DNA of 64,000 bases from Lingula anatina (Eukaryota; Animalia; Brachiopoda): NCBI GenBank assembly GCA_051362555.1, contig CM120640.1:29717967-29781966 (forward strand). Reading direction: 5' to 3'. Under the pieces are notes generated by a model. The model saw nothing but the letters and a program-made list of their open reading frames with translations, did no database searches and was not told the origin of the DNA. Shown here piece after piece: positions 1-12,313 of this stretch (its first letter is position 1; every line of letters starts with the position of its first letter). The translations under genes and the position numbers were made by a program.

Positions 1-1026
1 CTGTCAAAGACTTTCTGCAAATAGATAAATTAAGTAATTAATTAAACGATACTAATTCATCTTCATTAAAGATGACATTTGTGTTGTGGTTGAGGTAAGT
101 GGTTTAATTTTTGCGGGGGTAATTGTCAGCAAGGACCTGTGATAATAAGATACGTGGATGGAAAAGAAAAATATTAACTGTTAACAAAAATATTACTATC
201 CTATTTAACAAACAAACCGCTACTTCGCTCTTGTAAGTATTTTGTTGGTTTATTTTACTGCAGTAAAGCGTGGATAAAATAGTTCAAAACGCCCTCACAG
301 TGCCCTTGTTTATGCGACTTCAGCTGCTGGGGTTAGGTGAAGGGGCGAGGACAGGTGTGATTTATTTTTCAGAAACCGAAGAGGGGGGGGGGGAGGTCAT
401 GACCTAAATCGCCACTGGTTTGTTATAACTCACCAATCCTCCAGCGGTCAATACACGTCTTCAACACATTCAATTTTATCTTATATAAGAATTTAAAGCA
501 ATGCATGTATTTTATTTCCTCGAGAAATGACATTTTGACATAGGGGGCCGGTCCATATGTAAAAGCAACTTTTTATTCGCGGTAATATTCTGACGTTTGT
601 CTTGTCTTAATATGGTTGTGACGTCTACCATAAATCTTTCAACACAAAGTCTTAAATCCCCGAGTGAAATACTTAAAAAGGTTTTGGTGACATGATGAGA
701 ATCTTCTCTCTTCGTACATTCTATTTCACGAAAGACTTGAACTCACAATGATGTTAGCTGGTACCTCACGACAACCATGATTACATTTTTAACCAAATAT
801 GCTTATCACAAGTGTTGATATCTGAATTTTCTTGATTATTCATTTCATGTGTTCATAGTAAGTTGATTTTCAGATAACAGTTTAGTCTGCAATACAAAGA
901 GAAATATAAATCATGCAATTAATTTTTAGAAACGAGATAAATGAGTATGCTCTTAGTTAAGAGTAGAAATAAAGTCAACTGGTAATTTACTGCATTTGGA
1001 TTGCAGAAAAAAATAAAAACATGCAG
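1..1026 (+). repeat. Paralogous block, duplicated at ~50268-51700 (segmental duplication or composite repeat)
   Basis: 1-215 matches 50268-50478 (…acgatactaattcatcttcattaaag…gtggttgaggtaagtggtttaatttttgcggg). 575-636 matches 50950-51012. 636-1026 matches 51336-51700 (…gagataaatgagtatgctcttagttaagagta…aaaacatgcag). Same orientation. Confidence 0.85.
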
Positions 1027-1284
1027 ATTTCGGAGTGTGATTTCGGAGAAGATGAAAGTACTGGATTTAGTGTGATTTCGGAGAAGATGAAAGTACTGGA
1101 ATCAAAGACAAATGATGAATTTACTTGCTTCATCTTTGTAGTGCTTACTTTTTTTTGTAACTCAGAATATTACTTCTACTACAGAGAGAGAGAGAGAGAG
1201 AGAGAGACGCTATTTCTACAGTCAAACTAAACTGCAAATGAGCACAAAGCTTAATTTTTTTGTGAACAAATGTATTTTATTTTA

Positions 1285-1286
<2 letters not shown>

Positions 1287-1327
<41 letters not shown>
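1287..1327. repeat. (TG)n microsatellite; an (AG)n run lies at 1183-1207
   Basis: Read directly from the sequence. Confidence 0.95.
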
Positions 1328-1330
<3 letters not shown>

Positions 1331-1981
1331 CTGTGTCGGCGTTACATTATATAAGTCTTTATTTGCCTTTCATATCGTTATTCTCCTACTGGTTATAACA
1401 AGATAACAAAGATGAAGATGAATGTTCACTGACTCAATAATATACATAAAAATCATCATGAATCATCCGAGTTCATGAAAGCGAGATCTGGAGCAAAAAT
1501 AAAAAGCTGTCTCCAAGACATCTGGACGCCCCCCCCCCCTCCCCCTCTCCCCACCCACTCCACAATACCCTGTTTTCAGCACCATTATAAATAGACTTCG
1601 AGAGTTCAGAACTGACGGTCAAAATCTGGTATTTGGATTTATTTCCTTTCATGCAGAGAACCTGATTATAATCATTGGTTTGAATGAGCAGTAATAAAAA
1701 GAACAGAGTGAAACCATTTCTGGCAATCAAGTTAACATTCGTAGCTGCCACGTCAGTCTTTGAAGCTAAAAGGATATAAATATTTTTTGCGTTTAATATT
1801 ATGGTAATTTGCATCAGTACTTGAATTACACGTAAGCTTACACAAAAGGAGATCTAATAACAGAAGTCCAGAAACAGACACACCCTTCCTCGTCTTAATA
1901 CATGTATCTACACATTAATTGGGCCACAGAGGGCAGCACTGGGAAAGTCCGATGCGTTTATTTTTTAACGTAAAATAATTA

Positions 1982-2409
1982 AAACTAGAAAAGCACTCAG
2001 AGAGCGCAGACCTCCGCTAAGGGAGGAAAGTCTCCATCCAATGCCGTTTTACCCCTAGATTTTCATTTATAATGATTTAGTTTTTTATTTTTGATTGTTG
2101 ATTATTGGTTGATTATTGATCCGGATCACCACCAAAAACAAACCATCTGTTCCTTGGTCCCATTCTGACAGTTCCAGAAAAATTTAATCAAAATCGGTCC
2201 ATAACTTAGTTTTTTATTTTTGATTATTGATTGATTATTGATCCAGATCACCGCCAAAATCTAATCACTTCTAAGTTAACCGATTTCTGACCTACCCTGA
2301 AAATTCCATCGAAATTCAGCCATAACTTTTTGAGTTATGTTGATGACAAACAAACAAACAAACAAACAAACAAAGAGGGGTGAAAACATAACCTCCTTGG
2401 CGGAGGTAA
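1982..2409 (+). mobile_element. Non-autonomous Helentron-associated element (HINE, DINE-1/pearl-like)
   Basis: Starts aactagaa. SubTIR acctccgctaagg pairs with 3' ccttggcggaggt. Has an internal ~128-bp unit twice, an (ACAA)n microsatellite, and a 3' hairpin acctcc-ttggc-ggaggt. Second copy at 16096-16358; 3'-end remnant at 46016-46035. Confidence 0.75.
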
Positions 2410-2741
2410 TAAGAAATATTAAACGAACAATTGTTTTGAGGCAATTTTAATTTTGTTTTAACAAACACACATTTTAATATGTTCCTTATGCAGAATACAT
2501 ATATCTAAACTACTATCTCTGTGTCAGTTATTAAACTTATCAAACACGTATGAGTTGCAGAAGATACAGGTACATCTAATAATGTAAACGGAGGTGTAGA
2601 TTGCCAATTAAAATGAAGCTGATGTCGGTAAGTCATTCAAAATACAGAACATAGCACTCAAACTTGCACAAAAGTTTACGAGCATCACGGAAGGATTTAT
2701 TGGGGAGGGGGGGGGAGCAGGGGCCATCCGTGCAAACTGAA

Positions 2742-2812
2742 GCACGCGAGCTACAGTGGGATAATGCTCGCCTGCCACGCGGGAGGTCCGGTGTCATGTA
2801 CCAGAAGGTCCC
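2742..2812 (+). pseudogene. Degenerate tRNA-Gly(GCC) pseudogene
   Basis: cagtgggataatgctcgcctGCCacgcgggaggtccgg closely follows the D and anticodon arms of metazoan tRNA-Gly-GCC (CAGTGGTAGAATGCTCGCCTGCCACGCGGG.GGCCCGG). T-loop/B-box and acceptor stem are decayed. Confidence 0.65.
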
Positions 2813-3347
2813 CCATGAGAGAAAGTCCGTACGACCCCTGGTTTCTGAAATAACTGGTCTTGTCTGGTAATTAGGTATAATATGCAGGGTCCCCCCGACC
2901 CTGCATTTAACCGGATCTTACGTTTGATGACACCGCTATTGATATCAATCACGCTCGTTAAACGACGAAACGTCTCAAGCAATGTGAATAAATATACATT
3001 CTATTTCGAGATACACATCTTTAATAATCCTTACATAGAATACATTGATCATATGTTACTGAACATGCCAAACTAAGTACTGTCTCTAAGTCAGTAATTA
3101 AACTCATCACAGGCATTTATAAGTAGCAGAACGAGATCATGATGGGTAATTTAAACGAATCTGCAGATTGTTACTTTTCATGAAATTTGTATTTGCAACT
3201 TATTCGAAATAGAGAAAATCTTGGTACACACTTGTAGAAAAGTGCACAACTACCAGGGTGGTTTTATTGAGTAGTGGGTCGAGGGGGGGGGGGGAAATAG
3301 AGAGTTCAAGGCCCATCTCGGCATCCCTATAGCTTAAGTGTACGTCT

Positions 3348-3408
3348 GTCTCTGTGGTTTAGGGGTACAGTGGTCGCCTGCTTCGCGGATTAGATTCCCG
3401 ACACATTT
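3348..3408 (+). pseudogene. Second, more decayed tRNA-Gly-like relic
   Basis: gtggtttaggggtacagtggtcgcctgcttcgcg…gattagattcccgac resembles the A-box, anticodon arm and T-arm (TTCGATTCCCGGC), with an internal deletion. Confidence 0.4.
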
Positions 3409-4599
3409 GGAAAACATGAGACTGAGTTCTATCTTGAGAAATGTACTATTCTTAACATCATCTACTTTCCAGGGAAGAAATTTTAAGCTTACGGCGGCTG
3501 TGGACAATATGTCTACTAATAAATTACCGAGATCTCTAACAATATAGGGCCGTTCAATGAATTTTGTTCTAGTCATTTCCTAAAAGTCCAGCTTAGGGCG
3601 TTTTATGTTTATCTTGTTTTTTTTTCTAACTAGTGAAATAACATAAAAATTAATTCAGCCAATAAAAAACTATTGAAATATAAATATCGGGAAATGTTTT
3701 CATTTGAGACATAAAACTAAATAAAGAACTGAATATTATAATATTTATAAGCTAGTCTTAAAAGTGAAATTAATATTAGATACTTAGAGAGAAAAAAACT
3801 ACCTAAGAACATTTACTCCCCTTAAAATCAGAAGTCTAACATTGCTTGGTGAGAAATAAAAAAAGAATTTGCTGAATGGATGGGATCCCTATAATTCGCT
3901 TTATTGTTTTCTCTATTCTGTCTTCATGATACCATCCAGTTGGGGGACATTATTATATCATTATACTGGCGGTGTTAATAACATTGAGATGTTATTTGCC
4001 GTTCCTCCTCTGTAGGCTTGTAACACCAGATGCTCAAATACTTTCAATAATACATGTGTAAAAGTTCATTAAAACGGGATCATTGTCTTAAAAAGTTGTA
4101 AGGGATTAAACAAACACAGTCTTTGTCAAAAATAAATTTACTTTTCATGTGAATTTCCAGGAGTTTGAACTTTATACCGGTATCTATTGTATTTAAGCAC
4201 GAACATACTGGAATATAAATGCGAAAGTGAAGTTGCCAGAAATTGAGCAGAATAGTATGTGAGTGTGGGTGTTTACGTATGTATTTGACTATAGTTAAAT
4301 GTTTTTACCATGTATAGTTTACTTCTTAAGTTTAATAAAATAAATTTTGAAAAAGAATTTACTTTAGAAAATTTAAACGTAAATCAAAAGTCAAATATTG
4401 GTGTGTAGCACACTGAATATTTTGGTATTTTTACAAACTAACAATATCTGCTGAAGTCTACCTGGACACCTGAAGTAAGTAACTCTAACACAAGTGAACA
4501 ATAACTAACCACTGTGCAGCTCTTTATCATAGTACCAGTTATGCAAATGACCCAATGCTACAAGTCCAATAAATATGATTGGCTAGTTTACCACTGCAT

Positions 4600-6058
4600 A
4601 ATCGTTTTACGGGTCTTAAAATCAATGTATTCAAAATTGAGGTCGTGTGTTTTAATCTCCCCGGGACTTACAGAATATTTTGAATGTACTGTTGGAACCA
4701 GGCAGGGCTGTATGATAAGTCCATTTTTATTTAATATGTTCCTAAATGAGTTTGTAGAGAGGGTAAATGAGAGTGATGTACAATCTATTTTTATTGATGA
4801 AATTGTCAGCATTTCGCTTCTATTGTATGCTGATGACATGGTTATTTGTGATGACACTGCATTTGGCTTACAGAAGAAGATAAATATTTTACACTCTGGA
4901 CCATTACGAAAATATGAAAAATGGTACTTTGGTGGACAACCGGTTGAAGTTGTAACCCACTACAAATATCTGGGTCTAACTATAACGCCAAGGCTCGTTT
5001 GGACAAAAGCCACCACTAGTTTAAGTCTGAAAGCAAGAAAGGCAATGATTATGATTGATAAACTTGAATATAACACTGGAAGGGTTAGGTCTGATATTGC
5101 ATTTATGATATTTGATAAAATGATCGCGCCAATTTTATTTTACGGTGCAGAAGTTTGGGGATACCAAGTGTATGACAATATAGAAAAGGTACAACTTGCT
5201 TTTTGTAAAAGGATTCTTGGCGTGGGATCAACAACTTCAACAATAGCGGTCTTGGGAGACTGTGGTAGGTTCCCATTGTTTATTACTTATTTCTGTCGGT
5301 GTGTCAAATTCTGGCTTAAATTACTAAGAATAGAAGAAAGCAGATATCCAAAAGCGTGCTATAAGATTATGTTGGTATTAGATCAGGCTGGTCGCATTAC
5401 ATGGGCGACAAAAATTAAAGAAATACTTTTTAGATATGGTTTTGGGTTTGTATGGTACAATCAGGGTGTTGAGAATGAGATATATTTTTTAGAAATTTTT
5501 AAGACAAGAATGAAAGATTGCTACATTCAAGAATGGAACGGCTATTTACAGAACTCGTCTAAATTAAATTTGTATTGTACATTTAAATCTGTATTTCAAA
5601 AAGAAAATTATTTATTGTTGAATCTCCCGAAAGCGCTCTTAGCTGCTTTCGCCAGGCTCAGGTGTGGAAACCATAATCTTATGATTGAAAAAGGTAGACA
5701 TGACAACATACCCTCGAACGAGAGGGTATGCACACTATGTAAGGACGAAATAGAAAACGAATATCACTTTTTGTTAACATGTGAGATGTACAGGGACTTA
5801 AGAACAAAATATATACCAAACAGGTACACCTGTCAACCAAATATCCAAAGGTTTAGACAGCTTATGTCTTCCAATGACAGAGATTTGATGATTAACCTGA
5901 TTAATTATGTTTATTATGCCTTTAGAAAAAGAGAATCTTTTTTTGCAACGGATAGTGCACGTACATGAGCTCTCCGCATGCACAATAGTTACGTTATATG
6001 GACCATTTACATTTGTAATCTGGGCAAATGCCTTTATACGAAAATAAATATTTATCAA
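4600..6058 (+). mobile_element. 5'-truncated non-LTR retrotransposon (RTE-X-like), RT C-terminal half plus CCHC domain
   Basis: ORF 4514-5968 has GTRQGCMISPFLF, LLYADD and YKYLG motifs and the C-terminal RLRCGNHNLMIEKGR…CTLC…EYHFLLTC. An internal deletion follows INILH. Short 3' UTR with aataaa near 6043. Clade call is inference. Confidence 0.85.
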
Positions 6059-6636
6059 AAGCACTGCATAATCACTGCAATGCAACACTTTACCATAATT
6101 GTTTGAGATGTTATCACATAGCCATTATGTTAGTTCTACAGGTGTATTGGAATAAAGTAATTATTTAGGTGTTTCATTTATTGTAAATTAGTGTCAAGTG
6201 CGGGCTTTTTGCCTGACGCCTCAAATGTCTTTAAATAAGACTCGCTATTATTATTATTATTATGCTTTTTCAAACTTTTTAACTAAATGAGTCCCATTGG
6301 GTATATGTATTTTCGTTACCTGTGAAAGCCGCTTCTTATTTCCAAATGTTCCTATCACTTAGGCACCCCCTCCCCCCCCCCCCCCCAACAATTCCCTCAA
6401 GACGCCCCACCTTCCCAGAAAAGAAAACACTCTGGTTTTGAATAATCTGTATTATACATGAATTTCCACTTAAACACTTCTTGAATGTTTAACTGACTAT
6501 AAGAAAAGAGACAGAAAATGAAATAAAAACAAAAGTATTGGCTATAATTATAAATAACAAGAATCAGGAAGTCCGCTTACGCTTATAAACAGGCCTGAGA
6601 GGCAACCTTAATAACATTTATTTAAGCAAATTTGGT

Positions 6637-7375
6637 TATTTGCCATTACATGTCATTTTTAATCAAACTAATACTATCATTTTCTCTTTTTTCCCTGAAA
6701 GGAAACAAACATCATTTTATCTGCATTTCATTTGATGTTCGTGAGGTTTCTGTATTTAACAGGTTAAGCAAATGATAATGAAATACTAGAAAAAGAAGAT
6801 AAGTTTCGAAGCTTATTTATTTCTGTCTACGGCAGTGGTAAATTAATAATAACTTCCAGTTATTTCATCGAAGGGATACCTGAATGAGTATGATTATCTG
6901 TTTACCCACCCCTGCCTGGAGATAGAATTTTATGAAAAGCAGGCATTTATAATTTGATTCAATATCACATTTTCATTCTCATTATTATATTCTCTACAGG
7001 GGGGAATTGTCCGTGGATGTCCTGATACCTGGATAGATGTCAGGCCAACCCAGCTACCTTACTTGCCACATAAGGATCCTGAATTATCCGGTATATCGGA
7101 CACTAGACCTCTCAGCACTAACGCTCACAAAACCCACGAATTAACCAAGGCTCTATTCCCATAGATTTTAGATCGATCTATCCCCGCGGGGAGTCTCACT
7201 AGATTACTTTCAGATAATCCGACTTAAATGTCCGTCCCGCCTACTACAAGCTGTAAGAGGGTAATTAACTTTCGTGTCCGCCCGGCTGACAGCTATTTAG
7301 CGTGAACCCCCAGGGAGTTAGGTCGATCTAAAGTAGGTCGATCTAATCTATGGAAATGGGTTGCAACACACCACA
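6637..7375 (+). repeat. Paralogous block, duplicated at ~46192-46875
   Basis: Co-linear similarity from ttgccattacatgtcattttt…aatcaaactaatac through …aaaagcaggcatttataattt… to cacaaaacccacg(a/g)atta(a/g)ccaac. The MITE at 7149-7363 is absent from the paralog. Confidence 0.8.
7149..7363 (+). mobile_element. 215-bp MITE family A, copy 1
   Basis: Imperfect TIRs (ggctctattcccatagatt / aatctatggaaatgggttg), flanked by CAA on both sides. Nearly identical to 34985-35199. Confidence 0.85.
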
Positions 7376-8141
7376 CACTTATTTAGCACCAACAAAATAA
7401 TACCAAGCACTAACATTCATCCGCTTTGTTAGCACTGTAAGACTAAAATCTCATGTAAACATTAAGCTTCGTGGAGCGACCCATTCTCCTGGAGAAGGTA
7501 AAAACAACCCGCCCGCTCTTGACATACAGTATATCACTGCACTCAATTCTGATGAGTTGTTGACAGGCTTCAGTAGTTGATACACCTTTAAAATATCAAT
7601 ACATTCGTAACGTCAGACATAACTTTATTCGCACTGAGAGGTACATTTTAAAAGTTAAAACTGGAACTCTTCACTTTGTGAGGTTTTATAACACGCAAAT
7701 ACTCTGAAGAGGCTTTTACTACTTTTTGCATGTTCTTCTGAACTTTGCTTCCTGCTTTAAAGCTGCTAATTTACAGTATATCACCCAACCGTGTTGAGAG
7801 AGGAGGGAGGGTGTCCCTTTAGGTAACACTCCTCCGTACATTCCAAGCCATTGAATTGTCTCTTAAAATGGACCGGTACAGTAAAAGGTACCACTCTTCA
7901 GAAGCCGACCTCAATTCAGACTCAAACGATAACTCTAACCTGTCATCTCAGTTTACAATCTTTGGGAACTGTCACAGATAAAAAGTTCGTAAACTGGCAA
8001 CTCACATTCATGTATCACATGTTGCCTTTAAAACTTCGAACCTAAATCACTGCATAGCCAAGAAAATCAAATAAAAGTTATGCAGCGCTCCTGTCCGTAA
8101 TGAATACACTAATAGATCATGCTATATAAATATGCTATATT

Positions 8142-8347
8142 CTACCAGGGAGCCGAAGGTGAGGATGGCAGCCAATCATGACCAATAGGCAGTCCTTCTA
8201 CCCCTCCAGGGTTCGGCTGTGAGACCGGTGGCGTTTTATTATTTTTGTTTTCAAAGTTTCTCGCTGGACAGCACAAAAACTGGTGCAGAATTGGACAGAA
8301 AAATACCTGTGACATTTTAATGAAAATTTTCTGCGTGGCCCTGGTAG
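8142..8347. mobile_element. Small TIR element (ctaccaggg…ccctggtag)
   Basis: 9-bp inverted termini. The right terminus recurs at ~10580-10590. Confidence 0.4.
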
Positions 8348-8813
8348 GGGTTACTACTGTCCTTTCAACAATACAAGCGAGACACCGCTCCCGCTGATTC
8401 TGATGCTGTCTCAACCACAGATATCACCCCATTGTGTTAGTGAAGACATAACGTGAGACGGGGAGGGGAGGGAGGTGTATTGCAATGATTGGAGTGTTTG
8501 AAGGGGAATGTGGTGGGGTGGGGAGGATAACGGGGATGGATGTAGGAGAGAGGAAGGGAGACATACAAAAATATCATTTCGTTACACCAGTCGTACTAAC
8601 TCACGGGGAACAAATATTTTCAGGTTGTCCACGACAGCATGTAGGCCTATTAAGAGACTTCTGGAATCTCACCTCAGCATACCTGTAGCAGTGTAAGTAG
8701 TAGTACCAGTGCATGTAGTAGTAGGCCTACAAGATGATGTAGCAGTAGCGAGAGTAGTAGTATAAGAGTAGTAGTATAGAAGGCAATATATTACTAGCAT
8801 AGGCTGTATATAA

Positions 8814-9026
8814 GGGTCTATTCCCACAACTTTAGATCGATCTATCACCGCGGGGAGTCTCACTAGATTACTGTCAGATAATCCCCCTTAAGTGTCCGTC
8901 CCCGCCTACTACAAGCTGTAAGGGGTAATTAACTTTCGTATCCGCCCGGCTGACAGCTATTTAGCGCGAACCCCGGGGAGTTAAGTCGATCTAAAGTAGG
9001 TCGATCTAATCTATGGAAATGGGGTG
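8814..9026 (+). mobile_element. MITE family A, copy 2
   Basis: Same internal sequence as 7149-7363 (…ggggagtctcactagatt…gtcgatctaaagtaggtcgatctaatctatggaaatggggtg). Confidence 0.85.
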
Positions 9027-11497
9027 AAAGTAATACTCACTGCACGTGGGCGTGATGACAATACAATTAAATCTAGGAAACCAATCGATTGAGCAATGAG
9101 CGTATCTGGTTTCATTATCCTTATAAAGGACCCCCCCCCCCCCCCACACACACACACACACACAAACACAAACAGTTTTTGATAATAATGAAAAAAATAT
9201 GAGACTGAAATTTCTTTCAGGTGCGCCCGCAAACATTTCAAAAATTGTACGCATAATTCCAGACCAAATATATTAAAAATTTACCACATATCCAATCCTA
9301 GGTTTCATTTGTCGTATACGATGTCCACATGGTGTCCATGTATTGCCTCGTGGGGCATCCGTTACGTAAAGCAATAATAACTCTTCCTTTGAGATTCAAA
9401 ATTCCGCAAGAAATACATTGTAAACTACGCATGGAAATATATTCTATTGCATTTTACCACTAAAACGGCCGTTATTGTAGTAAAACTAAAATCTGTGCTT
9501 GTCAATAGGGCTTTCGGTGCCTTTCTTCCCGGTCGTCAAGGCATCCGTTGCCAAGGATGTTGGCGCATCACGCGGAATCTCGCGTGCATTCGAGACCAAA
9601 ATAATATGTGGCGGTATAAGATATAGCAGGCGCATGACAAAATCCTCAGACGTCAGTTGCGAGTTTTTGTACAGTGTGTCGGATAACGAAAAGCCCAGAA
9701 CTGCACACGTTGTAGATATAAATGCATTCTGAGAAATAAGACGATTATATCATATGAATCTTATTTTATTGTAAAAAAGTGTTGTTGTTGTCTGCTTTTC
9801 CCGCGGTTTTAAGTAGGTCATCAGAAAACCTAGCTCGTTGTCGCGTGACACTTCAATGTCAGAGAGGGCTCCGTCAGTTAAAATCTCTTAAGAGATTTTA
9901 ACAAAAAACCAAGCGTTTAGGAAAAAAACCCTGGACTAACTTTGAATGCAGGAATGGGGTCGTTGACCATTGGTTAGTACGGGAAAATTGCCGTTTACGC
10001 CAGGAAAATCCAATTTTTGGCCAAAACGAAGAGTTATTATGACTTTACTTCAGGGTCATGTGGGAAAAATAGTACATGTACGGCGCCCGTACCGAATGTA
10101 AGCATGCTAGCCCATAGACACTAACAGTACAAAATATACGAAAAATTTTATTTCGATTTCATTGTACGGCGTTTGTGAAAAATGTAGCCTTGGCTGATAA
10201 TGATAAGAACGCTGATAATGATAATCTCTCCAGTGGTGATTTCCGACCTTAGTTTTAGATGCTTGTGTGTAATTTAATATTGTCCATCAAAATCTAGTAG
10301 TAGTAGTTTGTAATTGAATTAATTTGGCTTTCGATTTTATTTATGTCTCAGTTAAACCTATTTTAACTTTTCTCCCCCTCTTTCGCACGTGTTTTAACCT
10401 CATAATCTTTCTTGCTGCATGTAACCCGAAATGTGTTCTCTGTCACCGTGAAGACATTTCAAATGAGACATATTCCACAGTTATTATGCTGTGGATATTT
10501 TTTGCTTTTACAGTACAGAGATTAGCCATCTATTTAAACAGAGACGCACCTTTTAATATCTAGTGAAAAATCAATCTATGGCCCTGGTAGAGGGTAGCCA
10601 GATGCTGCGGAGTGTTGATTTTGATGCTGTCTCAACCATGATTGTGACGGACTCCACAAATTTCAGGCAATTGTGTTAGTGAAGACATAACGCGAGACGG
10701 TGAGGGGGATGAAAGGTTTATAAAAAAATGACTTAATAAGTCATTGGAAATGACAATATGCTATTTTAGTTTAAATTAGATGTCGACGAACCATTCAATA
10801 GAGAAAGTTAGATTAAAAGGAAATATGTTGAAATGAAGCGGCACAAAAATGATGGGGGGAGGGAATGATGATGGTATAAAAGCCTGGTTTGGGAGAGTTG
10901 GGGAAATTGAGTTTTGAGTGCGTTCGGGTGTTTACTGATGTCCTTTAACTTTAACACACCAGGTTATACAAACTTTTACAACTTTTGTCTCTAAAAAACT
11001 GTACAGATTAATCTTTTTTACTTATATAACTACCGTATGTTTCTACTATAGTAATTCACAAAGATGAACTTTAAAGATGACGTCTATTTAGAAAGAGCGC
11101 CATTTCTAAAAACGCAGCACTGGAAAATTAACTGGCAAAGCGTCAACGCTACGAAAGGACTAAAATTAAAATAAGTTACAAATGGAACATAAAGTGCCGA
11201 CAGAATCTACGTGGAGTCAAAGTTTGCTGTTTTTGAACAAGCCACACAACGAAGACTGAAATATCGGAGCGCAAAAATTGACTTGTTTTAATTATTGATT
11301 AAAAAATAGGCTCTTAGTAGGCTATGACCAAGTTGTTAAACAGCCGATGAAATTCTTAAAACTTAATGACTCTAAATGGAATTTAATAAATTTCTTAATT
11401 GCTTATTTGAATTTTCTATATCATTTTGTAAAGTCAGAGTATTTTATTAACAACACAATTCTAACCGAGGCGTTACTTTCCAAAGCATAAAAAATAG

Positions 11498-11530
<33 letters not shown>

Positions 11531-12313
11531 CGTGTGTCGGGGTGGAGGGCGTGGGTCTTGCGCGGGAATCTTCCTCTCTGGCAATTGTCAATGTTGACAG
11601 GTACGTAATGGTCTGGGAGAATCGAGGAAGTTGAGTTACAACAGGGTTAATACTACAGTATTTATTCTCAGAGTCTATCTCAACATGATTGTGACGGCGC
11701 CCATGAATTTCATCATATTGTGCTAGTGAAGACAGCGATAAATGATAAAGGGCGCTGATATGATAATCTTTCTTATAATTTCTCCAGAGTATCACAATAA
11801 TTTTTTTATATATCACATTGCCTGGACCCTGGTCCTATCTGTTGCGATGCCAAACCCCCTCCGGTCTTGCACAAGTATCTTGGTCGCAGTCCATTACAAA
11901 TCCAAAGTCTCACCTCTTGCACAGCGCCATCTACACTCAACAATGTTTATATATGGCGCGTGCAAGTGGTGACGCTGAGAAAAGTCGGAATTTTCATCAA
12001 ACGTTCTGTACACTGAGTGTCATCTTCCATCAGGGCACTTTTCTTAGATGGTTTTGTTATATATTCTGTTGGCAAACTTTATCGGTGAGTTCAGGATAAG
12101 ACGTATGGAATGAAGAACAAATATGGTATCGACTGTGTCAGTTGTTCACTGGTCACATCTCAATGCAATGTAGCACGAAAATTCTTATGCCTGTGACAAC
12201 ACACCAGCCATTTAAACTTCGAAGTATAATGATTTGTATTTAGTGCATACAATAATCTATAAACTATCCAGGACAAATTTGTATTCTTGCCATTTAGAAG
12301 TTTAATCCAATAA

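Noticed and set aside
4514-5968. Intact or domesticated 484-aa RT gene
   Set aside because: It lacks the endonuclease and N-terminal RT motifs and has an internal deletion, and its start lies in flanking DNA. It is a 5'-truncated LINE copy.
11421-11816. Small peptide family encoded by the reverse strand of the 60-bp motif (…EIHGRRHNHVE… / …EICGCRHNHVE…)
   Set aside because: The frame is broken in the 10628 copy (CAT GGT TGA) and deleted in the 8407 copy. There is no shared start or splice context, so conservation looks nucleotide-level.
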